DNA of 64,000 nucleotides from the NCBI GenBank assembly GCA_030431715.1, contig JAUIIO010000004.1, positions 977-64,976 of the forward strand, written 5' to 3'. This document shows positions 29,296 through 39,554 of this stretch, piece after piece. The notes under the pieces are model-generated. The model did no database searches, was not told the origin of the DNA, and saw only the letters and a program-made list of their open reading frames with translations. The translations under genes were made by a program, and so were the position numbers. How positions within the stretch are numbered: position 1 is the first letter of the stretch; every line of letters starts with the position of its first letter. The stretch comes from a bacterium. Its GTDB lineage: Bacteria > Bdellovibrionota_C > UBA2361 > RFPC01.

Positions 29296-30449
29296 GGCTT
29301 CTCCTTGTTGTTCCGCATATAACCCTTTTTCAGCCCGAAGGTCATCTTCACCGACTAGGAGGTGTACTGTCACTACTATCAGAGGTGCAGATCTCAGCAC
29401 TTGTTCCGTACGGCTCTGAGCTTTGCTACTTTGAGCAAGAGATCCCCTTAGAGTCTGTTTATTACTTTAAAGAGCCTACCTATTTTAGAAAAGCTGTGCC
29501 CTTTTTTTTAGACTATAGCGCAGATTTTAAGAGAGAGCTCATAAGGGCGATATCAGAAACGAAGGCTGACATTGTATTCTTTGATTTTCCTTGGGGAGCA
29601 AACGCGCTTTCTCGCGACTTACAAACTCCATCTATCTATTTTTCGCACGGCGTGGAGAAGTATTTTTCCTCAAACACACTAAAACATTTGGGGATTCATT
29701 ATCCACCACTTCCTACACTTTTTTCAAAAATCATTGGATCTATTGAGAAGAGAGCGTGTCAAAAAGCAAAGCATATTCTTACCGTATCCTCTAAAGACCG
29801 TAGCGATCTTATTCGTGAGTACGATCTCAATGAAGAGAAGGTAAGCTATCTCCCTCAGCCAGTTACTATCTATAGATCTGATTTGAGTAAGAAAACCATC
29901 AGGCAAAAGTATGATCTTCCACAAAATAAAACGCTCATAGTCTTTCACGGCTCTAAGAGCCATCTCCCAAACCGCGAAGCTACTGATTGGATCTGTAAGG
30001 AGCTAGCACCACGATTTGAAGGCGATAGAGAGAAACTTCAGTTTGTAATTGCTGGAAATGGTCAGCCTGAATTTCGGCACTCAAATGTTCTATCTTATGG
30101 TTATGTTGATGATCTCAAAGAATTTCTCTTTGGGTGCGATATCGCTCTAATGCCACTTCGGACTACATTTGGAGCGCAAATGAAGCTTCTTGATTATTTT
30201 AGTTGTGGGCTTCCGGTCGTTACCACAACGTGTGGCGCCCGTGGATATACTCTTGTCAATGAGAGAGATGCACTCATAACTGGAGATAACACGGAGGAAC
30301 TTGCAGCTGGCCTACAAAAGATTATCCAAGACATGCAGCTTCAAAAATCTCTATTAGAATATGGACACGTTTATCTAAATAAACATGCCGATTCTCAGAA
30401 TATAAAAGAACGGCTTACGTCCTTACTTAGTTCTGTCGTGTCTGGTTAA
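29292..30449 (+). CDS. Glycosyltransferase family 4
   Basis: FHGSKSHLPNREA, PLRTTFGAQMKLLDY...GLPVVTT. Confidence 0.9.
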   Translation: MRLLLVVPHITLFQPEGHLHRLGGVLSLLSEVQISALVPYGSELCYFEQEIPLESVYYFKEPTYFRKAVPFFLDYSADFKRELIRAISETKADIVFFDFPWGANALSRDLQTPSIYFSHGVEKYFSSNTLKHLGIHYPPLPTLFSKIIGSIEKRACQKAKHILTVSSKDRSDLIREYDLNEEKVSYLPQPVTIYRSDLSKKTIRQKYDLPQNKTLIVFHGSKSHLPNREATDWICKELAPRFEGDREKLQFVIAGNGQPEFRHSNVLSYGYVDDLKEFLFGCDIALMPLRTTFGAQMKLLDYFSCGLPVVTTTCGARGYTLVNERDALITGDNTEELAAGLQKIIQDMQLQKSLLEYGHVYLNKHADSQNIKERLTSLLSSVVSG

Positions 30450-31962
30450 AGCGGTAGAGCCTATAGTTCTCATCAGTGACTGCGTCTGTAAAATTCTTTA
30501 GAGAGGTAAAAGAACCTCGGAAGTGCGCTCGCTCTTTCTCACTAAAAGAAAATATTTTGTTATAACTAAATGAATACTCACCGGGGCTTGAGTACCTATG
30601 ACCATAGAGTAGTAGAATTGGCACGTCGTACTTCTTCGATAACCTTTTGGCTGTGCGCACAAGATCGCCTAGTCTTAGTGTTTGCGCATTTTTCGTAGTA
30701 AATGACACCGTTTGCGAAAATTGTTTTTCGCGAGGTAAGTAGATACGGATATTAGGGAGATAGTATGGTACCGTCTCAACGTAATAGTCAGGTTCCGCTA
30801 TAAGAATAGCATCCTGAAGCATCGGCTCCGATTGAATAAAAGCAGCTAGCTGCTTTGCAGATGACATCGGCTTATGTAAATCAGGTAGAGCTCTTACGTA
30901 TGCATTATCAATTTGTAAGATGAGGAGAAAAAGTATTGATAGTCGTGATATTGATATAAGTGGTGTGTACGTTACGCGAGTAGCTAATCCTGCTCGGTAC
31001 ATCCAAAGGGTTGAAAAAAGTATTAAGACAAGAAAACCTTGATGTCTAAGCGCTGAGCAATTGTAGACAAGTACGTGAAATGTCGTAAGAGACCAAACTG
31101 CAGCAGCAGAATAGATCAACACATAAGGAGATCTTCTAAGGAGATAATAGAGCGGTAAGAGTACGAAAATTGGAAAGAAAGTAAGGCGTAGCGAGAGCGC
31201 ATCTGTAGCAAAGCTTGCTTGTGAGAGAAGTGCCCAAGAGATACCAGCAAGAGCTTTAAATGGTGAGAGGCTATGAGACTCAGTAACAATTGATTGCTTC
31301 TCAGGCCACATAAGCATGATAACGAGAAGAAATCCACAGGTAAGAAGAATAGATCCTGCGACTTCTCTTCTATGACACTTTTGTTTGTTATCAAATACGT
31401 ATTCAGCGATTAAGCTTAGAAAGAGTGAGATCGCAACTAAAAAAGCGAGGGCGCTTGTAGTAGATAGTAAAAGGAGTAAGAAGAGATACAGGAATGGGGA
31501 CTGGCGTCTCTGTGGATATACGGTGCAGCATGCAAAGAGAGCGAGCATACCTATCCCATAGTTTCGACACTGAGCTGCATACTCATAAAGAGGCAGTACA
31601 CCAAAGAGCCAGAGAGTCTTCTCACTTTTATAAAAGTATGGACTCCGAATAATAAGAAATCCCGCAAGGAGCGCAACAAAGACACTTATGGCCTTTAGCG
31701 CAACAGGATTCTGTGTAAACACTTGAGCTACGCACAGTATGAGATACCAGAGCGGTGGATGACCTTCGCTTCTAGAAACACGGAGTAGATCCGAGAGCGA
31801 ATCTATTTGAAGAGTGATACTCCACGCCCTTACTTCGTCTCGCCAAGGTTCGTGCGTATATGCTAGTAAGACGACTGCGATCGCATAGAGGACGAAGAGA
31901 GGTGTTAAAAAGTACCAATCACTTTTTTTAGAAGCAGTGATAGGAGAGCTTAGCCTGTTCAT
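30427..31962 (-). CDS. Polytopic GT-C-fold glycosyltransferase-like protein
   Basis: HEPWRDE and EGHPPLWY in the first loop, RNY, about 11 TM segments, soluble C-domain. Confidence 0.75.
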   Translation of the reverse strand: MNRLSSPITASKKSDWYFLTPLFVLYAIAVVLLAYTHEPWRDEVRAWSITLQIDSLSDLLRVSRSEGHPPLWYLILCVAQVFTQNPVALKAISVFVALLAGFLIIRSPYFYKSEKTLWLFGVLPLYEYAAQCRNYGIGMLALFACCTVYPQRRQSPFLYLFLLLLLSTTSALAFLVAISLFLSLIAEYVFDNKQKCHRREVAGSILLTCGFLLVIMLMWPEKQSIVTESHSLSPFKALAGISWALLSQASFATDALSLRLTFFPIFVLLPLYYLLRRSPYVLIYSAAAVWSLTTFHVLVYNCSALRHQGFLVLILFSTLWMYRAGLATRVTYTPLISISRLSILFLLILQIDNAYVRALPDLHKPMSSAKQLAAFIQSEPMLQDAILIAEPDYYVETVPYYLPNIRIYLPREKQFSQTVSFTTKNAQTLRLGDLVRTAKRLSKKYDVPILLLYGHRYSSPGEYSFSYNKIFSFSEKERAHFRGSFTSLKNFTDAVTDENYRLYRFNQTRQN

Positions 31963-33598
31963 CTTCCCATTCTCGTTTATAGTGCAGAGTAGCCGTACCG
32001 CTCTGCTTTTTTAGATTTTTTAAATAGATAGAAAGCTTTTTTGACCCTATCATTTGGATCTTCTTTAGATCTCGAGGTCTAGAATTCCAAAAAATACAGT
32101 ATCCAGGATCATCTCTTAATTTTCCAGTCACGTGGATGCGCTCTTGGCGGTAGTGGTAGTACTTAAAACTTGCATTCATAACCCCTGAGAGCACCCATCC
32201 GGGGGTAGAGACAAAGCCACCAAACAGCTTCTGTTTGGTGGTGAGCACTTCTTGTATCAGCTCTTCAGCTTTTGGATCTGCTAGCGGTTCAAGTATGGTA
32301 TTATCTTTGTCTTTTTTTATTCTCTCTACGTAGTGAGCACGGACATTTGCATATCCTAATGAAAAGGCATACATGCCTCCAAAGAATAAAGCTACAAGAA
32401 GTAACGACTTAAAGCGCGGCAAAGGAGCGATCTGCTCAGAGCTTGGGTGTGAGTTACACAATGCAGCAATCAATACTACCGGGGCGGTTGAAATAAGAAG
32501 TGTAGTGGCGTGAAAGTTATACTTTAGAAGATAGTAATCTTTGGCATCTCCTAAAAGAAAAGCGAGCGTAGTCACTATTATCGCTGGGAGTGAAAAAAAA
32601 GTAGCGAATGTAGAGGTTTTAGCAAGTTTTAGAGGAATATATCTGCGTAAGGCGATAAGAACGAGACATATACTTGATAAGCCAACTCCAATTGCCGGAA
32701 GATATAATGGAACAATCCCACCACCACGGTTAAGAAGTACTGAGAGCTTTAACCAGAGAAAAGCACATAGCAAGATGCCAAGGGCTAGGAGAAGTAGTTG
32801 AACAGTACGACCACGTGCCTCACTAGCTACTAGAAGAGTGAGAGCAAAGACGAGATCGGGAAGATTTAGTCCGTACGTCCAACGGTATAGCACAAGAGTG
32901 AGCGCAAGTAGCGTTAGCCTTTTCCACTGAACATCTTCAAGGCCGTACAGAACCGCACCTAAGAGAAGTGGTAAGATCCCAAAGAGTTGCGGATAAAACC
33001 CTTCAGCTTGTAAATAACTTAAAATGGGGAAAAGTAAGCGATCAAAAATCAGTGTATACGTTATTACAATCGCAGCAAGATATAGCAGAGTTCTTCTTGA
33101 GAGGCGTTTTGAAGCAGCCGATCCTTTAAGTACCAAGAGCGTGATGGTACTCAGATAGAGAAAGCCAAATAGGTAGTAGAGCGCTCTAAGCGCTTCAAAG
33201 TCAGAAGAGATAGTTGGAACATACTTTATCCAATAAAGGAGAGTATGAAATATTATAAACCCGTGATAGATCGCAGGATCAGGGTTAGTGAACTTATAGC
33301 TGTAGTATATATGATCAGCAACGTCCCCTCCCCCAGAGCTTACGAGACCATAAAAAGATGGATGGTACATAGTGTAAAGAAAATAACTCACTCCTACGCT
33401 TACAAGCAGAAAGAACTGAAGGGCGTTCTCTCGTAATATTTTAGTGATACTTGTCCCTACTATTGTGGCACAGAGGAGCGATATCGGTAGTGCTAGCAAC
33501 AGCGATAGCGGCAATGAAAAAAAAGACACTGTCCGTATAACGCCACTAAATGCTAGTGCAAACGTGATGCTAAGGAGAGCTAACACCAGTAAAGACAT
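31928..33598 (-). CDS. Polytopic membrane protein (possible GT-C/polymerase)
   Basis: More than 12 hydrophobic segments, GGDVADH loop; likely start 33598, coupled to the upstream GT2. Confidence 0.7.
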   Translation of the reverse strand: MSLLVLALLSITFALAFSGVIRTVSFFSLPLSLLLALPISLLCATIVGTSITKILRENALQFFLLVSVGVSYFLYTMYHPSFYGLVSSGGGDVADHIYYSYKFTNPDPAIYHGFIIFHTLLYWIKYVPTISSDFEALRALYYLFGFLYLSTITLLVLKGSAASKRLSRRTLLYLAAIVITYTLIFDRLLFPILSYLQAEGFYPQLFGILPLLLGAVLYGLEDVQWKRLTLLALTLVLYRWTYGLNLPDLVFALTLLVASEARGRTVQLLLLALGILLCAFLWLKLSVLLNRGGGIVPLYLPAIGVGLSSICLVLIALRRYIPLKLAKTSTFATFFSLPAIIVTTLAFLLGDAKDYYLLKYNFHATTLLISTAPVVLIAALCNSHPSSEQIAPLPRFKSLLLVALFFGGMYAFSLGYANVRAHYVERIKKDKDNTILEPLADPKAEELIQEVLTTKQKLFGGFVSTPGWVLSGVMNASFKYYHYRQERIHVTGKLRDDPGYCIFWNSRPRDLKKIQMIGSKKLSIYLKNLKKQSGTATLHYKREWEDEQAKLSYHCF

Positions 33599-34593
33599 CA
33601 GTATGCTCGCTCCGCACCTTTTGGATTTGATATTGTGAGGAGCGTTAGCCTTGATTTTATTCTCTCTACAAGACGAGAGTAGTAGAGGTATCTTAGAAAG
33701 CCGCGAGTTCCTGAGCGCCAAAAAGCGATGATGAGAGTTTTTGAGGGGATAAAACTCTTTTTATAAAGTTGCATCAGGAACAGATTTATCTCTGAAGAGA
33801 GCTCTGCAAGAGCTAATACCTTCTCCGGATCTTTCACGTGTCGGCATATCATCTGACTGTGGCGAGCCGTAATGGCTTTATACTGCTTGTCATAGTCAGA
33901 TACTGAGTCACTACCTAAAAGAGTTTGAGACGTGCGGTGTATTCGGAAAGAGGCGAGTACTTTAGGCACAAAGATCCAGTTACCCATCTCAGCTAAACGT
34001 AGCCACATATCCCAGTCTCCGGTATACCAGAGTGAGGGATCAAAAGTACCAGTATCTTGTAGTGTTGATCGCTTAAAGGTAACAGCTGGTACTGCTAAAA
34101 AATTCTGAATAAAAAGTCGTTCAAGGATGTATGCTCCATCTAAGTATTCGGTAGAATTATGAAACGGGCAGGTCCAGCATCCACGATGGACACTTTGCTC
34201 ATCGATAAACTCTGCATTGTGAACAATGACTCGAGCCTTGGGAAAGTGTTTATACGTTGTACGTAGTACCTCAATTCTATTTGGTAACCATGTGTCGTCT
34301 TGATGAAGTATACTTATAAATTCTCCGCGTGCTTCGCAGAGTGCCCTATTTGTGTTCTCTGTCCAGCTACCGGTGCGTTCTGTGCGTAAAATGCGAATAG
34401 GGAGCTTATCTACATAAGACTTGGCTAAGGCTTCGGTGTTATCAGCTGACCCATCATCAATTAAGAGCACCTCAAACTCCTGCTCCGTTTGGGCCATAAG
34501 GCTCTCTAGCGTATCTTTGAGATATCTCGCGCCGTTATACGTCGGAACAACGACCGAAAGCCACGGAGAGAAGGAACCAGTATCGGTTTGCAT
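33598..34593 (-). CDS. Glycosyltransferase family 2
   Basis: SVVVPTYNG, IDDGSAD, LHQDD, DWDMWLRL. Confidence 0.92.
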   Translation of the reverse strand: MQTDTGSFSPWLSVVVPTYNGARYLKDTLESLMAQTEQEFEVLLIDDGSADNTEALAKSYVDKLPIRILRTERTGSWTENTNRALCEARGEFISILHQDDTWLPNRIEVLRTTYKHFPKARVIVHNAEFIDEQSVHRGCWTCPFHNSTEYLDGAYILERLFIQNFLAVPAVTFKRSTLQDTGTFDPSLWYTGDWDMWLRLAEMGNWIFVPKVLASFRIHRTSQTLLGSDSVSDYDKQYKAITARHSQMICRHVKDPEKVLALAELSSEINLFLMQLYKKSFIPSKTLIIAFWRSGTRGFLRYLYYSRLVERIKSRLTLLTISNPKGAERAY

Positions 34594-34716
34594 TTCAAGA
34601 AGTTACCAGATTAAGCGTGAAATATCTATGCTCACACAAAGAAGCATGTGAGTGCTTGAATAGTGCCCCTTATTGGTTTAATACAGTACCACACAATTGC
34701 TTGTTCCCTTTGTATC

Positions 34717-35961
34717 ATGGCCGTAGCCCCCCATTCTTCAAATACATATAGAGACTCTGACCTGCCAAGGACTGAACTTGAGCAGCTCGAATTGAGTGTC
34801 GTTATTCCGTGCCTTGATGAAGCAGAAACGATCGTTGAATGTGTGACCACAGCTCTTCAGACTCTTACCTTTCATAAAATTGCAGGTGAAGTCATTGTGG
34901 CTGACAACGGGAGTACTGATGGCTCGCCGCTTCTTGCCGAAGAATGCGGCGCGCGAGTTGTTTCTGTCAAGGAGAAAGGCTATGGCAGCGCGCTCATGGG
35001 AGGAATCGATAACGCGCGAGGACGTTACATCGTCATGGGTGATGCTGACGGAAGTTATGATTTCAGAGCAATTCCTCTCTTCTTGCAGAAGCTCCGTAGC
35101 GGCTGTGACCTCGTCCAGGGTTGTCGATTACCCGTCGGAGGAGGTGTTGTAGAGTCTGGTGCTATGCCGTGGTTACATCTTTATGTGGGCAATCCATTTT
35201 TCTCTCGATTCGCTAGGCTGCTATTTCGTACTCCAATTCACGATATTAACTGTGGCCTAAGAGCATTTTCAAAAGAGCTTTATCGCCGTATCGACCAACG
35301 GTGCACAGGCATGGAATTCGCCGTTGAGATGGTGCTAAAGGCAACGCTCTTTGGCGAGTCAATAGGTGAGGTGCCTATTACCCTACATCCGGATAAGCGT
35401 ATTACAGGAAAACCTCACCTACGTACATTTCGTGACGGATGGCGCACACTCAGATTCTACCTGCTAATCAGCCCACGTTGGATTTTTCTCTACCCTGGAC
35501 TATTTCTTATGGCGGCGGGAGCACTCTTAGGAGGTCTAGCTCTCGGATCTGTACAGATAGGCAGTGCAGTTCTAGGTATCAACACCGCACTTGTCTCTAG
35601 CATGATTGTTATCGTTGGTTACCAATTAGTTATATTTGCTGCTCTCATGAAAATCTTTGCTGTTATGGAGGGACTACTCCCATACAACAAAACAACAAAG
35701 ACCTATTTCCAACTTTTTACACTTGAGAGAGGACTGCTCTGTGGTGGTGCGGCTCTTTTGCCCGGACTTACACTTATTGGTTTAGCTCTCTATCACTGGT
35801 GGAGTGCGAGCTTTGGAGATCTCACTTCTGAAGTTACGCTCTACTACGTAGTTCCCGGAGTGCTTCTCTCAATACTCGGTATACAGACGCTATTTTCAAG
35901 CTTTGCCTTTAGCATTTTGGGAATGAAGCGTAAGAAAGCCAGCCACTCCATCTCTTATTAG
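34717..35961 (+). CDS. Polyprenol-phosphate glycosyltransferase (DPM synthase-like GT2) with C-terminal TMs
   Basis: VVIPCLDEA, ADNGSTDGS, KGYGSAL, MGDADGSYD, GMEFAVEM, HLRTFRDGWR; four TM segments. Confidence 0.92.
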   Translation: MAVAPHSSNTYRDSDLPRTELEQLELSVVIPCLDEAETIVECVTTALQTLTFHKIAGEVIVADNGSTDGSPLLAEECGARVVSVKEKGYGSALMGGIDNARGRYIVMGDADGSYDFRAIPLFLQKLRSGCDLVQGCRLPVGGGVVESGAMPWLHLYVGNPFFSRFARLLFRTPIHDINCGLRAFSKELYRRIDQRCTGMEFAVEMVLKATLFGESIGEVPITLHPDKRITGKPHLRTFRDGWRTLRFYLLISPRWIFLYPGLFLMAAGALLGGLALGSVQIGSAVLGINTALVSSMIVIVGYQLVIFAALMKIFAVMEGLLPYNKTTKTYFQLFTLERGLLCGGAALLPGLTLIGLALYHWWSASFGDLTSEVTLYYVVPGVLLSILGIQTLFSSFAFSILGMKRKKASHSISY

Positions 35962-35986
35962 TATAGCTTCAGGGGAATTGAGAGAG

Positions 35987-36727
35987 CTACTTTGTAATCT
36001 CTATGAAATCTTCGATTGCACTGATTGCTCGTCGTCCATTTGGCAGATCGGTACTGAGTTGCTTCAGGTGTTCTGTGTAGTTTGTAATATCAGCACGATA
36101 CTTATCCTCTTCTTTTACAAAGAAAAACGACATCATCTCCGCTAAATCAGATAGCGAATCTCCCCACATGTAGGTTTTCGTAGAGTCGACAAGACTGGGT
36201 TGGAAGCCGGCTTTCTGGATAAGCTTTTCGTGAAGATTTGAGCCTCCTGAGCGTGCAATGCCGATCTGAGAATACACATGACTGGAAAAGAGATCCCAAT
36301 CACAACCATCTTGAAACGTTACTACTATAATCCTTCCATCTTCACTCTTTGCGTTTGTCAGTCTCTTGAGGGTATCAGCTATCTTATCTACAGGTATTCC
36401 AGTAAAAGAATAGGAAAGTAGAATCATATCGTATGTGCGCGTTGGCTCGTAATCTTCAATTTGAGATTCCTGTGCTTGAACCTTTGGAATGTCAGCTAAA
36501 CGCTTTACAAATTCTGGTTTTTTATCGACAGCTGTAATCTCACGAAAGTAGCTTGAAAGATAACCAGTAAGTACCCCGTCCCCTGCTCCAAGGTCTAAGA
36601 GAGACTCAGCACCTGTCTCTTTCGCAAGATCAATCAAGATCGCTGCAATGCTCTCCTTGGCGTCTGTGGATGCCGTGAATTTTTCAAAGCTAGAGCTGTA
36701 GTTTGTGTAATCTGAAGAGTGGCTCAA
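35987..36727 (-). CDS. Class I SAM-dependent methyltransferase
   Basis: LLDLGAGDG, AVD, YDMILLS. Confidence 0.85.
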   Translation of the reverse strand: MSHSSDYTNYSSSFEKFTASTDAKESIAAILIDLAKETGAESLLDLGAGDGVLTGYLSSYFREITAVDKKPEFVKRLADIPKVQAQESQIEDYEPTRTYDMILLSYSFTGIPVDKIADTLKRLTNAKSEDGRIIVVTFQDGCDWDLFSSHVYSQIGIARSGGSNLHEKLIQKAGFQPSLVDSTKTYMWGDSLSDLAEMMSFFFVKEEDKYRADITNYTEHLKQLSTDLPNGRRAISAIEDFIEITK

Positions 36728-36964
36728 AGTGTTCCTGTGAGTAAGTACAATCGCGGTAGCATATCAGATGTCAGCTTGCTTTGCCTCAGGTAGCGAATTT
36801 CCACGGCATTTCTCTGTGACTTTTGATACGAAAAAGCAAATATATCATAAATATCAATATGATAACAGGGCAGAGGGATGCCTCTCCGGAGTTCAATTAA
36901 TATCAAGTTATTCTTCAAACTCCCCGACTTCGATCGTGTAGGTTACATCTTTACTAGGGCAATC

Positions 36965-39529
36965 ATGAAACGACTCATTCTACTCTTACTTCTTTTTACT
37001 CATTCTGCACCTCTTCTCGCTGACGTGCTGGTGGCAACAGGCACAGCTATTGTAAAGGTGGAAGACGGAACACCGTCAACTTTCATATCTCAGGCAGCTA
37101 CCTCCCTCTTTTATGAATCAGTATCTGAGAAGCTCTATTTCAGTGATGGTACTGGTATTTACCGTGCGGATCGAGATGGTTCAAACGTCGCTACTATCAT
37201 AGCTAATGTTGGTAGTACTGTAGGAGATCTTGTTGTTGATACCGCAAATGAGAAGATTATATGGACAGAACCTGATGAAACAAGACTTCGCAAATCAGAT
37301 CTTGATGGGGGTAATATCGCCATCCACTATAATGGAACCTCTCTCCCTGAAGGAATCATAATCGATCAGGATGGTGGAAAGGTTTACTGGGCGGCAGCAG
37401 CAGCGATAGAGTCTACTAATCTTGATGGGTCGGGCTATGCAGAGATCTATTTCGATGGTGATAATTTTGGAGTTCTTCAATTTCTTACCCTTTATGATTC
37501 TACTTTCTACTTTACTGATGGAACTCAGCATCAGCTTAAAAGCGTTGATATTAATGGAGACAATGAAAAGGTGCTCGCTTCCGGTGTAACAAATCCTCAA
37601 GGGGTTTCTTTTGATTCAGATGAGTATCGAATTTACTATATCGGCACAACAGAGGCTGCAGCCCTTTCTTCAATAAAGAGTGACGGCAGTGGGAAAACTT
37701 CTGTAGCAAGCACAAAGGGATACGACATTATTGCTGGGTACTATGCATCTGAGAGCGAAGAGCCAGTTGCCCCGATTGCCACCCCTGCCCCGAGTCCGGT
37801 ACCAACACCAGCAGCGACGCCTGCCCCTCAGAAGAGGCCTCCGTACACAAGGATGTATATGAGCATTCAGAATAAGACGAACCCGGACGAATCACGGATT
37901 GTCTGGACAAGTTTTTACGGCGAAGTAAATGAAGTTACGAAGAATTTTACTGATCCTCGAGCACTTGGCTATTCAAAAGAAGAAAACAGCCTCTATGTAA
38001 TTGAGCGGGCTACAGCAGGCTCCTCAAAGATGTTTCGGGTTGCTCCTGATGGGAGCGATAGAACCGAAATCTTTCATTTACCCTACAAGTATGAGTTTAT
38101 GCACGTAGATGATGAATCAGACCGAGTCTTTCTTGGTCAAGCCGAGGACGATTTTGGCACCTTTAATAGAGATGCACGTTCAACTTATAGACTTTTTAAT
38201 AATCCCAGTACGAATGGTAAAGGATTTGGAAAGTATGACGGCAAATCATTCATTACGCAGGGCAAGAAAATCTATTCATTTAAGAGTGATTACAATATTA
38301 AGAAGAACCCCAATGTCACACACGAAAGCTCGTTTTCAAGGAGTACGCTACTTGCGATACAACCTTATGATCTTGGAAATCTAATGTTACTGAAAGACCC
38401 TCTGGACCTACGGCAGTTTATATACAGTAAGTCAGGAGGAGATGATCAAGAACCTGGATATTTGTTGTATCAAGCTATAAGAGGGAAAGGTTATGAGTAT
38501 ACTGACATCGAGGTTCAACATCTTGATCCAGAAACCTTTACCCGTCCTTACTCTATTTACCTTATATCTGGGAATAAAGTTGATGTCCTTTACTTCTCGC
38601 CTGAGCCACGAGTGATTCCCTTCTTGAGGTTTGCAGAAGATGAGGTGGTTACTGATATCGTTGAGGTGCCTATTGTTGCAGCTACGCAAGATGAAGAAGA
38701 AGTTGATTCTACTACCATTAAAGGGAGCTTTCGTTTCGTAGACTTTTCTACAGACGGAACCGCTCTTGATGAGGTAGAGACACCATCGTATGCGGGGATC
38801 CATGTTCACCTGAGTGCGGCGTCAGAAGACACGCAGACAGAAAACGAGGATGAAGACGATATCTCACAATCCACCAGACGTACTATAACAGACGAATCCG
38901 GGAACTACGAGTTCACAGGCCTTAAAGAAGGTCGGAAATATACGCTTCGCTTCAGCAGACCAGACCTCTCATTTACTTCGAAAGAGCTAAGTGTGCAAGC
39001 TGGCACAGTCGCCCCAAGGATTGCTGTTAAGGTCGAAGACTTTAGTGAATTTGAGTGCACAACGAAGGAGTCGAGTCGCAATATTTCTAAGGCAGATCAA
39101 AATAATGAAAAGATCGTAAATTTTGCTATTGAAAAAGCTCAGCAGAGAATTGAGAAAGCTTCGGGCAAAAAGCTCGAAACAATACAGTCTCGTTCAAATG
39201 CTCTTAATAACCTCTATGCCGAGCTCCTAGAAAATAGCCGAGATCTTCCAAGTGTTCAGATTCGCTGTGAGAAAAGTGCGACAGAATGCACGTTGCAAAA
39301 TAAGAAGAAGAAAGCAAAAAGCTATCGTAAAAAATCTAAGCGTGTAAGTAAGCAGGCGAAGAAGCTTATTCAGGCTGCTTTTGGGAAAAGTAAGGCGAAA
39401 CGAAAGATACTAAAGCGTATCCAGAAACTTACAAAGGCGGCAAGCAAAGCTGCTAAAAAGCTACCTTCGAAAACCTACGAATGTCCTGTAGGTACTGAAG
39501 AAACAGAGCCCGAGGGGGGTGTTGAATAA
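36965..39529 (+). CDS. Large secreted protein: YWTD/LDLR-B-type propeller, Pro linker, second propeller, Cna-B/SdrD-like domain, Lys/Cys-rich C-terminus
   Basis: Signal peptide MKRLILLLLL; repeats KLYFSD, IIWTE, KVYWA, FYFTD with DGS turns; PAPSPVPTP linker; TDESGNYEFTGL...YTL. Confidence 0.8.
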   Translation: MKRLILLLLLFTHSAPLLADVLVATGTAIVKVEDGTPSTFISQAATSLFYESVSEKLYFSDGTGIYRADRDGSNVATIIANVGSTVGDLVVDTANEKIIWTEPDETRLRKSDLDGGNIAIHYNGTSLPEGIIIDQDGGKVYWAAAAAIESTNLDGSGYAEIYFDGDNFGVLQFLTLYDSTFYFTDGTQHQLKSVDINGDNEKVLASGVTNPQGVSFDSDEYRIYYIGTTEAAALSSIKSDGSGKTSVASTKGYDIIAGYYASESEEPVAPIATPAPSPVPTPAATPAPQKRPPYTRMYMSIQNKTNPDESRIVWTSFYGEVNEVTKNFTDPRALGYSKEENSLYVIERATAGSSKMFRVAPDGSDRTEIFHLPYKYEFMHVDDESDRVFLGQAEDDFGTFNRDARSTYRLFNNPSTNGKGFGKYDGKSFITQGKKIYSFKSDYNIKKNPNVTHESSFSRSTLLAIQPYDLGNLMLLKDPLDLRQFIYSKSGGDDQEPGYLLYQAIRGKGYEYTDIEVQHLDPETFTRPYSIYLISGNKVDVLYFSPEPRVIPFLRFAEDEVVTDIVEVPIVAATQDEEEVDSTTIKGSFRFVDFSTDGTALDEVETPSYAGIHVHLSAASEDTQTENEDEDDISQSTRRTITDESGNYEFTGLKEGRKYTLRFSRPDLSFTSKELSVQAGTVAPRIAVKVEDFSEFECTTKESSRNISKADQNNEKIVNFAIEKAQQRIEKASGKKLETIQSRSNALNNLYAELLENSRDLPSVQIRCEKSATECTLQNKKKKAKSYRKKSKRVSKQAKKLIQAAFGKSKAKRKILKRIQKLTKAASKAAKKLPSKTYECPVGTEETEPEGGVE

Positions 39530-39554
39530 AACACGTTACATTACTGCGTAGCTG

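Noticed and set aside
37760-37830. Short DNA repeats (cc.gc.cc)
   Set aside because: They simply encode the Pro/Ala/Thr linker of the surface protein.
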